A DNA stretch of 64,000 nt from an uncultured Acidobacteriaceae bacterium (lineage in GTDB: Bacteria; Acidobacteriota; Terriglobia; Terriglobales; Acidobacteriaceae). The stretch is from assembly GCA_963765025.1 (NCBI GenBank), contig CAVXVM010000106.1, forward strand, positions 49,017-113,016, in the 5' to 3' direction. Each line of letters starts with the position of its first letter. Within the stretch, counting starts at the first letter, position 1. The notes below the pieces were generated by a model, which was not told the origin of the DNA, ran no database searches, and saw only the letters and a list, made by a program, of their open reading frames with translations. This document shows, piece by piece, positions 9,307 through 18,825 of this stretch. Made by a program: the position numbers and the translations under genes.

Positions 9307-10881
9307 ATGGCGAAGGAAAAAGAGGGCGCGAAAGCAGCAACGATGTCGGATATGGTTGCCGATCTGCGCGCGAAGCGGGCCGAGGTTGAACTTGGCGGCG
9401 GCAAAGAACGCATCCAAAAGCAGCACGAATCGGGCAAGCTGTCGGCGCGGGAACGCGTGACCAGGCTGGCGGACAAGGAAAGCTTTGAAGAGATCGGGAT
9501 GTTCGCGCGGCATCGGGCGACCTACTTTGGAATGGCCGACAAGGATTTGCCGGCGGACGGAGTTGTGACCGGATGCGCGACCATCGATGGCCGGCTGGTT
9601 CACCTGGCGAGCCAGGATTTTACGGTGGCGGGCGGCGCCGCGGGCGAGACCCACAGCAATAAAGTTGCCGACATGATGGGCATGTCACTGAAGACTGGGA
9701 GCCCGTTCATCTTTATTAACGACTCGGGCGGGGCGCGGGTGCAGGAAGGCATTGACAGCCTGGCCGGGTATGCGCGGGTGTTCTACAACAATGTGATGCT
9801 GTCAGGCACGGTGCCGCAGATCTCACTGATTTGCGGGCCTTGCGCGGGCGGCGCGGCGTATAGCCCGGCGCTGACCGACTTTGTGATTCAGACCAGGCAG
9901 GGACGGATGTTCATCACCGGTCCGCAGGTGATCAAGCAGGTGACGGGCGAAGTCGTGAGCGCGGAGGAGCTTGGCGGGCCAGAGTCGCAGATGAATAACT
10001 CGGGCGTGGTGCACCTGATCGCGAAAGACGATGACGAGGCGATTCAACTTTGCCGGCGCCTGCTGAGCTTTATGCCGTCGAACAATTTGGAAGATCCGCC
10101 GCGCATGGCGTTCAGCGCGAAGATCAAAACGGACTCGGACATGAACAGCGTGGTTCCGACGGATCCGAAGATTGCCTACGACGTGAGGGCGGTGATTTCG
10201 CGGATTGTGGACTACCAGGATTTTCTCGAGATTCAATCGGGGTTCGCGGCGAATATTGTGATCGGATTCGGGCGGCTGCAAGGGCGTCCGGTGGGGATCA
10301 TCGCCAATCAGCCTTGCGTGATGGCGGGAGCACTGGATATTGATGCGTCAGACAAGTCGGCGCGCTTTGTTCGGTTCTGCAACGCGTTCAGCATTCCGTT
10401 GCTGACCTTTGTGGATGTGCCGGGCTTTTTGCCGGGAGTGGAACAGGAGCGCGGCGGCATTATCCGCCACGGCGCCAAGTTGCTGTTTGCCTATTCGGCG
10501 TCTACGGTTCCGAAGATCACGGTGGTGCTGCGCAAAGCGTACGGCGGGGCGTATATCGCCATGTGCTCGAAGGGCCTGGGTGCGGATCGCGTGGTGGCGT
10601 GGCCGACGGCGGAGATTGCGGTGATGGGCGCCGAGGGAGCAGCTGAAATTGTGTTCCGCCGCGAGATCGACGGCGCCGACGACCAGGATGCACGCCGCAA
10701 AGAACTGGTGAACGAGTATCGGGAGACGTTTGCCAATCCCTACGTTGCAGCCGGCCGACGGCTGGTGGACGACATTATCGAACCCGCCGAAACAAGGAAG
10801 TATCTGGCCGAGGCTCTTGAATCGCTGCACACCAAGCGGGAACTGCGGCCCCAGAAGAAGCATGGACTGATCCCGCTCTAG
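9307..10881 (+). CDS. Acyl-CoA carboxyltransferase (methylmalonyl-CoA carboxyltransferase 12S / propionyl-CoA carboxylase beta family)
   Basis: Full-length match to the carboxyl_trans family by eye (KQHESGKLSARERV, FTVAGGAAGE, GPCAGGAAYSPALTDF, PGFLPG, AYGGAYIAM, canonical end KKHGLIPL). GGAG lies 7 nt before the ATG at 9307. The ORF is also open from 9262. Confidence 0.9.
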   Translation: MAKEKEGAKAATMSDMVADLRAKRAEVELGGGKERIQKQHESGKLSARERVTRLADKESFEEIGMFARHRATYFGMADKDLPADGVVTGCATIDGRLVHLASQDFTVAGGAAGETHSNKVADMMGMSLKTGSPFIFINDSGGARVQEGIDSLAGYARVFYNNVMLSGTVPQISLICGPCAGGAAYSPALTDFVIQTRQGRMFITGPQVIKQVTGEVVSAEELGGPESQMNNSGVVHLIAKDDDEAIQLCRRLLSFMPSNNLEDPPRMAFSAKIKTDSDMNSVVPTDPKIAYDVRAVISRIVDYQDFLEIQSGFAANIVIGFGRLQGRPVGIIANQPCVMAGALDIDASDKSARFVRFCNAFSIPLLTFVDVPGFLPGVEQERGGIIRHGAKLLFAYSASTVPKITVVLRKAYGGAYIAMCSKGLGADRVVAWPTAEIAVMGAEGAAEIVFRREIDGADDQDARRKELVNEYRETFANPYVAAGRRLVDDIIEPAETRKYLAEALESLHTKRELRPQKKHGLIPL

Positions 10882-10891
10882 AGAAGGAAAT

Positions 10892-11131
10892 GTGCGCATG
10901 CAATCGAATGTGACAGCCAAAGCAGCGATAGACGACGCCGGGCCGGATGAGGGGCGGATCGCGCCGGAGATTCTGGCTGTGATCGCCGCTGCTGCGACGG
11001 CAATGCTGGGCGCGAATCTACGCATCGGCTCCGTCGAGCTGTTGAATTCATCCTCGGCCTCAGTAAGCCGTTGGACCCGGCAGGGGCGCGCAAACGTTCA
11101 GGCATCGCACAATCTGCGAACAAAACGGTAG
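10892..11131 (+). CDS. Small carboxylase-associated hypothetical protein (Ala-rich OadG-like segment)
   Basis: 79-aa ORF wedged between the carboxyltransferase and the biotin carrier. Contains PEILAVIAAAATAML. The functional assignment is weak. Confidence 0.4.
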   Translation: MRMQSNVTAKAAIDDAGPDEGRIAPEILAVIAAAATAMLGANLRIGSVELLNSSSASVSRWTRQGRANVQASHNLRTKR

Positions 11132-11181
11132 ATCGACGGAAAGTTGAGTCGAGACAGATTTAAAGGAAAGGTCGCCGCACG

Positions 11182-11571
11182 TTGAAGCTTCAGATCACGA
11201 TCGATGGCAAGACTTACCAGGCGGAAGTGGAAGTGCTGGACGAGGCGGAGAGCCCGGACAATTATCCGCCGTATCCACCTGTGGTCTCGACCGCACAGCC
11301 GATGCCGAGCCCGGTGGCTCATGCGCCAGCCCACGCCGTGGAAGAGCATGTTGCGAACGAGAAGCACTACTGCAGCCCGCTTGCGGCACTGGTGATCAGG
11401 GTGAACGTAACGCCTGGGCAGGAGATCGAGCCAAACGACGTGATCGTTGTGCTGGAAGCGATGAAGATGGAAACCTCCATCACGGCGCATCAGACCGGGC
11501 GCGTGAAAAGCGTGCATGTAGCGCCGGGAGACCCGGTAAAAGCGCACCAGGTACTGATTGAAGTGGAATAG
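11182..11571 (+). CDS. Biotin carboxyl carrier (biotin/lipoyl attachment domain, 1.3S-like)
   Basis: C-terminal VVLEAMKMETSI biotinylation motif (AMKM). TTG start. Confidence 0.85.
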   Translation: MKLQITIDGKTYQAEVEVLDEAESPDNYPPYPPVVSTAQPMPSPVAHAPAHAVEEHVANEKHYCSPLAALVIRVNVTPGQEIEPNDVIVVLEAMKMETSITAHQTGRVKSVHVAPGDPVKAHQVLIEVE

Positions 11572-11612
11572 CCGCCGCGCTTTTTTGTAGCGGGCTTAAA
11601 GAAAGGCAGTTT

Positions 11613-12089
11613 GTGAGCAGCATTCGTAATGAGTTGATACAGGTACCTGGAATTAAATTTATCGATCACGTGGCAATTGCTGTAAGGCAAGGCGAGTTGG
11701 AAGGCCAGGTAAAAGCCTACGCGATGCTGGGCTTTAACGTGGTTCATCGCGAAGACGTGCTTGGAGGCGACCAGGTGCGTGAAGTGCTGCTGGATATGGG
11801 CGGCGGGCCGAACCTGATTCAACTGCTCGAGCCATTGAGCGCCGATTCTCCCGTGCAAAAGACGATCGAGCGGAACGGCGGCCGAGGCGGTTTTGCCCAC
11901 ATTGCTTTCCGCGTAGAGAACGCACAGCACGCGTTCGACGCCATGAAAGCGTCGGGATTTCAACTCATCGACAAAGCGCCGCGCAAAGGCTCGCGAGGGA
12001 CGACGGTCTTTTTCGTTCATCCCAAATCGAAGGCCGATTTTCCTTTTGGATTTCTTATTGAAGTTGTCGAAGACCCTGAAAGCAAGTGA
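11613..12089 (+). CDS. mce: Methylmalonyl-CoA epimerase (VOC/glyoxalase fold)
   Basis: IDHVAIAV, GGFAHIAFRV and VFFVHPKS blocks. Lies between the biotin carrier and the mutase genes. Its stop abuts the next ATG (TGAATG). Confidence 0.85.
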   Translation: MSSIRNELIQVPGIKFIDHVAIAVRQGELEGQVKAYAMLGFNVVHREDVLGGDQVREVLLDMGGGPNLIQLLEPLSADSPVQKTIERNGGRGGFAHIAFRVENAQHAFDAMKASGFQLIDKAPRKGSRGTTVFFVHPKSKADFPFGFLIEVVEDPESK

Positions 12090-13842
12090 ATGAAGATGGC
12101 AACCGACAAGCTGCTCGAAGAGTTTGCTCCAGTAAGCACCGAGGCGTGGGAAGAGGCGATTCGCAAAGACCTGAAAGGCGCTGACTACCAAAAGAAACTC
12201 GATGTGGCAAACGGCGGAGGGTCTCGCGGTAAAGCCCTACTACCGGAAGGAAGACATTGCCGGGCTGGACTCGACGAATCGGTCGTACCCTTCCGCTTCG
12301 ATTTCACCGGATAGGCGACTGAACGGCGACTGGCGGATTCGCGAAGAGATTGACGCGATCAATCCCGAAGAGGCGAATCAAGCGGCGCAGCGCGCAGTGG
12401 CGGCAGGCGCGGAGCAGATTGCATTCCTGAATGCCAACGTTCAGAACGGCTCGGACCTTGGCCTGCTTCTCGTCAACCTGCAGGAAGTTCCCGTCCATTT
12501 TCAAAATGCCGGCGAGACTCTTCTTCGTTTATTGATTGCGCGCGAAAAGGGGCGGCCGGATTCGGCTCAATTCTCTTCGGGATGGAGTCCACTCGAGAGT
12601 CCCGCGTTCGCTGCCGAGATCCTCCTCGCTTCTCCACGGGGGTTTGTGCCTTTTACCATTGACGGTTCCGGATTTGAAGAATCCGGGGCAACCGTTGTGC
12701 AGGAAATCGGCTATACGCTTGCGGCGGCCATCGACTTTCTTGCTGACATGGCGTCGCGCGATATCGATGTCGATCGAGCGGCCGCCGCAATCGAATTTTC
12801 ATTCGCAATTGGGTCGAATTACTTCTTCCAGATTGCGAAGTTCCGCGCATTCCGCAATCTGTGGGCGAAGGCGCAAGAGGGCTTCGGCGGAAAACAAAGT
12901 GTTCCGGCGCGAATCCACGCGCGCACGTCGCACTGGAACAAGACCATCTACGATCCGCACGTGAACATTCTTCGCGCAACCACTGAGGCCATGTCTGCCG
13001 CTCTCGGCGGCTCGGATTCCATTTCTGTGGCTGCCTTCGACGAGTGTTACCGGGCTCCGGACGAAGCGAGCCGGAGGATGGCGCGCAATACGCAGATCGT
13101 GCTGAAGCAGGAGGCACTGCTTTCGCGGGTTGCCGACGCCGGCGCTGGTTCGTACTACCTGGAGTTCCTTACGGATTTTATTGCCCGCGAAAGCTGGAAG
13201 GTCATGCAAGGCATTGAGGCTACCGGCGGCTTCATGAAGGCCAATGCAAGCGGGCAACTTGCCAGGGCTTTGAATGAGTCCATGGCTGCGCGCGAGAAAG
13301 CCGTCGTCGAGCGGCGGCGTGTGTTTACGGGGACCAATCAATATGCGGACCCCTCGGAAAAGGCCCTCGACCGGATCGACCCGCCGCACGCTTCGGTAGA
13401 GCGGCGCGGCGCGCGGAGCTACGAGCAACTGCGCTTGCGAACCGAGCGTCATGCTGTCCTCAATGGCAAGACGCCGCGAGTTCTGCTTGCCGAAGTCGGC
13501 GATGTAAAGATGCGGTCCGCGCGTTCGAGCTTTGCACAGAACTTTTTTGCTTCGGCGGGCTTCGAACTCGTCACGCGGCGGTTCGAAAGTGCAGGGGAGA
13601 TTGCGCCGGGCGATGCGGACCTTATCGTGCTTTGCAGTTCCGATGCTGAATATGCTGGGCTCGCTGTCGAACTGATTCCGATGCTGAAGACGCTGGGTTG
13701 TCGTGTGCCGGTGATTGTCGCCGGGAATCCTGCGTCGGCGGATCAATTGCGTGCGATGGGTGTTGCCGATTTTATTCATGTTCGCAGCAACCCGATTGAG
13801 TTGCTGACAGCCTGGCAATGGCGATTGGGGATCGAGGCCTAG
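12090..13842 (+). pseudogene. mutA: Methylmalonyl-CoA mutase small (beta) subunit, N-terminal frameshift near 12195-12203
   Basis: ORF 12090..12314 encodes the canonical N-terminus (EEFAPVSTEAWEEAIRKDLKGADYQKKL). ORF 12202..13842 continues it in another frame (WQTAEGLAVKPYYRKEDIAGLD...). Restart at ATG 12202 would give a product lacking about 37 aa. Confidence 0.8.
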
Positions 13843-13863
13843 CGTGATGTCCCAGATGTTGAT

Positions 13864-14250
13864 TGAAGAACAACCGCAGATCCTTCGACTCACCACCCCC
13901 AAACTGAAGAACGTTTGGGGCCCCTTTCGCTCAGGATGACAGGTCATTTTATGTTTTGGAATTTAGAGACAGGACACTCTCACCACCCCCAAACTGAAGA
14001 ACGTTTGGGGCCCCTTTCGCTCAGGATGACAGGTCATTTTATGTTTTGGAATTTAGAGACAGGACACTCTCACCACCCCCAAACTGAAGAACGTTTGGGG
14101 CCCCTTTCGCTCAGGATGACAGGTCATTTTATGTTTTGGAATTTAGAGACAGGACACTCTCACCACCCCCAAACTGAAGAACGTTTGGGGCCCCTTTCGC
14201 TCAGGATGACAGGTCATTTTATGCTTTGGAATTTAGAGACAGGACACTAA
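13864..14250. repeat. One REP-like element followed by a 4 x 90-bp tandem repeat in the mutA-mutB spacer
   Basis: Units start at 13891, 13981, 14071 and 14161. Units 1-3 are identical. Unit 4 differs at 14224 (T>C) and in its last 2 nt. Each unit carries the hairpin CCCCAAAC-TGAAGAAC-GTTTGGGG, the arm TTCGCTCAGGATGACAGG, and the AGGA that serves as the mutB RBS in the last copy. Confidence 0.97.
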
Positions 14251-14252
14251 CG

Positions 14253-16394
14253 ATGCGCCCGGATTTTTCAAAGATCGATTATGTTGCTCCGGCGGGGCAG
14301 GAGTGCGCGCCCTTGTGCGAGGAGTGGCTCAGTCCCGAACACATTGCGGTGAAGAGCTTCTACACGCAGCAGGACCTTGAAGGGCTGGAGCATCTCGACT
14401 ATGCCGCCGGAGTTTCGCCTTATCTGCGTGGACCCTACAGCTCGATGTACGTGATGCAGCCGTGGACGATTCGGCAATATGCAGGATTCTCAACAGCCGA
14501 AGAGTCCAACGCATTTTATCGCCGCAATCTTGCTGCGGGACAGCGAGGGCTTTCTGTCGCGTTCGACCTTGCCACGCATCGCGGGTATGACTCAGACCAC
14601 GAGCGCGTGACCGGGGACGTGGGCAAGGCCGGCGTCGCAATCGATTCAGTGCTCGACATGAAGATTCTTTTCGACGAGATTCCTCTGGATCAGATGTCGG
14701 TGTCGATGACGATGAACGGCGCGGTGCTGCCCATCATGGCGTTCTACATTGTCGCCGCCGAGGAACAGGGCGTTGACGCGGCAAAGTTGAGCGGGACCAT
14801 TCAAAACGACATTCTCAAAGAGTTCATGGTCCGCAATACTTATATCTATCCGCCCGCGGGTTCGATGCGGATTGTCGGCGACATTTTCCGCTATTGCGCG
14901 GCGCACATGCCGAAGTTCAACTGCATCAGCGTGAGCGGATACCACATGCAGGAGGCCGGCGCGACCGCGGATCTGGAGTTGGCCTACACGCTCGCCGATG
15001 GACTGGAGTACCTGCGCACGGGCGTGAAAGCGGGACTCGATGTGGACAGTTTTGCGCCGCGGATCTCGTTTTTCTGGGGCATCGGTATGAACCACTTTAT
15101 GGAGATTGCGAAGATGCGGGCGGCGCGGATGCTGTGGGCGAAACTGGTGAATACGTTTCATCCGAAAAATCCAAAGTCGCTGGCGCTGCGCACGCATTCG
15201 CAGACCTCGGGATGGAGCCTCACGGCCCAGGATCCCTTCAATAATGTAGTGCGCACCTGCGTGGAAGCGCTGGCCGCGGCATTCGGGCACACGCAGTCGC
15301 TGCACACCAATGCTCTGGATGAAGCGCTGGCTTTGCCCACGGATTTCTCCGCGCGCATCGCCCGCAACACGCAGATTTATCTGCAGCAGGAGACGAATAT
15401 TACTCGCGTCGTGGACCCATGGGCGGGGTCGTATTATGTTGAGCGGCTGACGCACGAGCTGATGCATTCGGCGTGGGAGCTGATTGAAGAGGTTGAAGGC
15501 CTGGGCGGGATGGCGAAGGCGATTGAGACCGGCGTGCCGAAGATGCGGATTGAAGAAGCTGCGGCGCGGAGGCAGGCGCGGATCGATTCCGGCGCGGACG
15601 TGATTGTGGGCCTGAATGCTTATCGCACGGCCGAGGAAACCGAGGTGCCGGTTCTCGACATCGACAACAACGCGGTGCGCTTGTCGCAGATCGACCGGCT
15701 GGGTCAACTCAAGCGCGATCGCGATAACGATGCCGTCAGGCTGTCGCTCGAAGAGCTTGAAGAGTGCGCCAGTCGAGGCGAAGGCAACTTGCTGGAGTGT
15801 GCGGTGGACGCGGCGCGCAAGAGGGCAACGCTGGGCGAAATTTCAAGCGCGCTTGAGAAGGTGTGGGGGCGTTACCAGGCAACTACGCGGACGATCGCGG
15901 GCGTGTACTCGGCGGAGAGCGGGAATGCAGTGGAGTTTAGAAAGGCGCAGGAGCTGGTGGTTGAGTTTGAAAAGGCAGAGGGCCGGCGTCCGCGCATCCT
16001 GGTGGCCAAGATGGGGCAGGACGGCCACGACCGCGGCGCGAAGGTGATTGCCACAGCCTTCGCCGATATCGGATTTGATGTGGACATCGGGCCGCTGTTC
16101 CAGACTCCGCGCGAAGTTGCGCGCCATGCGGCTGAGAACGACGTTCACGTTGTCGGCGTCTCCTCATTGGCCGCCGGACACAAGACGCTTGTGCCGCAGT
16201 TGATTGAAGAGCTCCGCAACGTGCAGCGCGACGACATCCTGGTTGTGGTTGGCGGCGTTATTCCTCCGCAAGACTACGAATTCCTGTACAGCGCCGGAGT
16301 TGCCGGCATCTTTGGGCCGGGCACGGTGATACCTGTCGCAGCGCAGCGGATTCTCGCGGTGCTGACGGGATGCGCGGCTGAAGGAGTTCATTGA
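14253..16394 (+). CDS. mutB: Methylmalonyl-CoA mutase large (alpha) subunit, B12-dependent
   Basis: Full-length mutase with C-terminal B12-binding domain ([17 protein letters not shown] = DxHxxG). I prefer ATG 14253 (AGGA 7 nt upstream) over the TTG at 14226, which lies inside the repeat. Confidence 0.95.
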   Translation: MRPDFSKIDYVAPAGQECAPLCEEWLSPEHIAVKSFYTQQDLEGLEHLDYAAGVSPYLRGPYSSMYVMQPWTIRQYAGFSTAEESNAFYRRNLAAGQRGLSVAFDLATHRGYDSDHERVTGDVGKAGVAIDSVLDMKILFDEIPLDQMSVSMTMNGAVLPIMAFYIVAAEEQGVDAAKLSGTIQNDILKEFMVRNTYIYPPAGSMRIVGDIFRYCAAHMPKFNCISVSGYHMQEAGATADLELAYTLADGLEYLRTGVKAGLDVDSFAPRISFFWGIGMNHFMEIAKMRAARMLWAKLVNTFHPKNPKSLALRTHSQTSGWSLTAQDPFNNVVRTCVEALAAAFGHTQSLHTNALDEALALPTDFSARIARNTQIYLQQETNITRVVDPWAGSYYVERLTHELMHSAWELIEEVEGLGGMAKAIETGVPKMRIEEAAARRQARIDSGADVIVGLNAYRTAEETEVPVLDIDNNAVRLSQIDRLGQLKRDRDNDAVRLSLEELEECASRGEGNLLECAVDAARKRATLGEISSALEKVWGRYQATTRTIAGVYSAESGNAVEFRKAQELVVEFEKAEGRRPRILVAKMGQDGHDRGAKVIATAFADIGFDVDIGPLFQTPREVARHAAENDVHVVGVSSLAAGHKTLVPQLIEELRNVQRDDILVVVGGVIPPQDYEFLYSAGVAGIFGPGTVIPVAAQRILAVLTGCAAEGVH

Positions 16395-17495
16395 TTGGCT
16401 GACGCGAACAAGAGCGCGTTGCATGTAAGGCCCGGTTGCACAGTGCCGGAACCGCCGCAGGAGACGAGCGCGCGAGCGGCGCACCGGCAACGCAATCTGT
16501 TGCCTCAGCAATTCATGGACGGTATTTTGCGGGGCGACCGCACGATTCTGGCGCGGGCCATCACGTTGATCGAGAGTTCGCGCGCGACCGACAGAGAGCT
16601 TGCCGAGCGCATAGTTGAGGACTGCCTCAAGTACAGCGGAAACTCACTGCGGGTTGGCATTACCGGCGTTCCAGGCGCAGGCAAGAGCAGCATCATCGAA
16701 GTGCTGGGCTCGCACCTGATCGGCAGTTGCCGGCAGAAAGTGGCCGTGCTCGCGATTGATCCGAGCAGCCAGCTTTCCGGAGGAAGCATTCTGGGCGACA
16801 AGACGCGGATGGAGTCTCTCGCTTCAAGCGATATGGCGTTCATTCGGCCTTCCCCATCGCGCGGATCGTTGGGCGGCGTTGCGCAGCGCACGCGCGAGGC
16901 GATGCTTTTGTGCGAGGCCGCGGGATACCAGAACATCCTGGTTGAAACCGTTGGAGTGGGACAATCGGAGACCGCGGTTCATGGCATGGTGGATTTCTTC
17001 CTGCTGATTACGCTTGCCGGGGCCGGCGACGAACTGCAAGGCATGAAGCGCGGCATCATGGAGCTGGCGGATCTGGTGGCGGTGAACAAGGCTGACGGGA
17101 ACAACGGGGTCGCCGCGGAGAGGGCGCGGGCTGAGACGCAAAATGCGCTGCATTATCTTCCTGCTTCGCTGTCGGGCTGGACACCGCGGGCAGTGACCTG
17201 CTCTGCGCAGACCGGCAAAGGCATTGCGGAATTATGGAATCTGGTTCTTGACTATGCTGCGATGACCAAGGCGAATGGATGGTTCACGCGCAAACGTCAG
17301 GAGCAGACGCACAAGTGGATGAACGAGATCATCCGGCAGGGATTGATCCACCAATTTGAAGTGCACCCGGCTATTCGTGACCGGATGGCGGAGCTCGAGC
17401 TTGAAGTGCTGGAAGGACGCATGACGTCGTTCCGCGCTGCGCGGACGCTGCTTGATGTTTATTTGAATCCAACAAAAGGAAAGAGTGAGCGATGA
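16395..17495 (+). CDS. meaB: Methylmalonyl-CoA mutase-associated GTPase MeaB/ArgK
   Basis: P-loop GITGVPGAGKSS, NKxD box VNKADG, and N-terminal LRGDRTILARAITLIES. The start is uncertain (TTG 16395 or ATG 16515). Confidence 0.9.
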   Translation: MADANKSALHVRPGCTVPEPPQETSARAAHRQRNLLPQQFMDGILRGDRTILARAITLIESSRATDRELAERIVEDCLKYSGNSLRVGITGVPGAGKSSIIEVLGSHLIGSCRQKVAVLAIDPSSQLSGGSILGDKTRMESLASSDMAFIRPSPSRGSLGGVAQRTREAMLLCEAAGYQNILVETVGVGQSETAVHGMVDFFLLITLAGAGDELQGMKRGIMELADLVAVNKADGNNGVAAERARAETQNALHYLPASLSGWTPRAVTCSAQTGKGIAELWNLVLDYAAMTKANGWFTRKRQEQTHKWMNEIIRQGLIHQFEVHPAIRDRMAELELEVLEGRMTSFRAARTLLDVYLNPTKGKSER

Positions 17496-17562
17496 GGTCG
17501 GCGGCTTGCGGAAGACTGAATATTTTTCGCGGTCAGCCGACAATCATCAGAGGGATTTCTTG

Positions 17563-18825
17563 ATGCCGACCTTGCCTGTGCTGATTTTGAACAGCGGTTC
17601 TTCTTCAATCAAATTTTCGCTTTATGAGGCCGGCGCCGGTGAGCGCCGCAAGTTGTATGAAGGTGCGGTGGATGGGATCGGCACCGATCAAGGGAAGTTC
17701 TGGATCAAGGACGCCGATGGCAAGAAGCTGGTGGACCAGTCCCCTGCCCTTCCGAGCCGCTCAGTCGCATTCAAGCTGGTGGCGGACATTTTGAATTCCG
17801 GCGACTTTCTTCATCCGCAAGCGATCGGGCATCGCATGGTTTGCGCGGCGCCAACTTTGCAGGACAATCTTCGCGTGACTCCCGCATTGATTGAGGAGAT
17901 GGAACGGTACAAGGACCTGGCGCCCTTGCATACGCCCATTGGCGCGTACATTATGCGCGAGGCACTTGAGCTTTTTCCTGGCGTTCCCAACTTCGCATGT
18001 TCTGACTCCTACTTCCACCGCACTATGCCGCAGGTGGCGACGCACATGCCGATTCCCGCCGAATATGCCGACATGGGCGTGCGTCGAGTGGGATTTCACG
18101 GCATCTCGTACGAGTCGATTGTGTACCAGTTGCAGCCCGATGTCCCGGAGAGGCTGATTGTGGCTCATCTGGGCAATGGCGCGTCTATTTCAGCGATCAG
18201 GAACGGCCGGTGCATCGACACATCGATGGGCTTGACGCCGACTGGTGGAATTATCAGCGGCACGCGCACCGGAGACGTTGATCCCGGGCTTCTGTTGTTT
18301 ATCCTGCGCAAGATTGCAGAGACGGTGGGCAGTTCAAAGGAGGCCGCGGATCAACTGGAGGCGGTTGTGAACAAGAGAGCCGGCCTGCTGGGCGTGAGCG
18401 GACTTTCGAATGATATGCGCGTGCTGCGCGCCGCGGTGGTTGCCGGAAACGAAAAGGCGCGGCTTGCCGTGGACAAGTTTACGTGGACGATTGTGAAGAG
18501 TATTGGCAGCTATTTTGCGGAGCTTGGCGGACTCGACATGCTGGTGTTTACCGGCGGTATCGGGGAGAACGACACGGCGACACGCGAAGAAATTTGTGCG
18601 GGACTTGGCGCGCTCGGCATCGTGCTTGATCCGGCGCGCAATCACGCTCGCGGCAAGGCGGTCATTTCAGCCGAGGATTCGCCGGTGACGGTGCGCGTGA
18701 TTCCGCCGGCCGAAGATTTGATCATCGTCAACCACGTTGTGCGCATGCTTTCTGAAGAGTCCGGCTCGCTGGGCGAGCTGGAGCAAGCTGAAAGCCCCGT
18801 TGGCGAATTGGAGGCGGTGCGGTGA
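17563..18825 (+). CDS. ackA: Acetate/propionate kinase
   Basis: VLILNSGSSSIKFSLYE, VGFHGISY and VFTGGIGEN motifs. ATG 17563 gives the canonical N-terminus. The ORF is open from 17485. Confidence 0.9.
   Translation: MPTLPVLILNSGSSSIKFSLYEAGAGERRKLYEGAVDGIGTDQGKFWIKDADGKKLVDQSPALPSRSVAFKLVADILNSGDFLHPQAIGHRMVCAAPTLQDNLRVTPALIEEMERYKDLAPLHTPIGAYIMREALELFPGVPNFACSDSYFHRTMPQVATHMPIPAEYADMGVRRVGFHGISYESIVYQLQPDVPERLIVAHLGNGASISAIRNGRCIDTSMGLTPTGGIISGTRTGDVDPGLLLFILRKIAETVGSSKEAADQLEAVVNKRAGLLGVSGLSNDMRVLRAAVVAGNEKARLAVDKFTWTIVKSIGSYFAELGGLDMLVFTGGIGENDTATREEICAGLGALGIVLDPARNHARGKAVISAEDSPVTVRVIPPAEDLIIVNHVVRMLSEESGSLGELEQAESPVGELEAVR

Noticed and set aside
12090-12314. Independent 74-aa gene between the epimerase and mutA
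   Set aside because: Its first 37 residues are the canonical MutA N-terminus and the rest is out-of-frame read-through. It is folded into the frameshifted mutA call.
13915-14250. 111-aa ORF encoding a 30-aa peptide repeated four times
   Set aside because: It is open only because the 90-bp repeat unit is a multiple of three. The same DNA motif gives equivalent spurious ORFs at 7175-7657, and there is no RBS or start context. I treat it as non-coding.
12799-15707. Long minus-strand ORFs 12799..13947 (382 aa) and 14646..15707 (353 aa)
   Set aside because: They are shadow ORFs antisense to mutA and mutB, with low-complexity Arg/Pro-rich sequence and no motifs.
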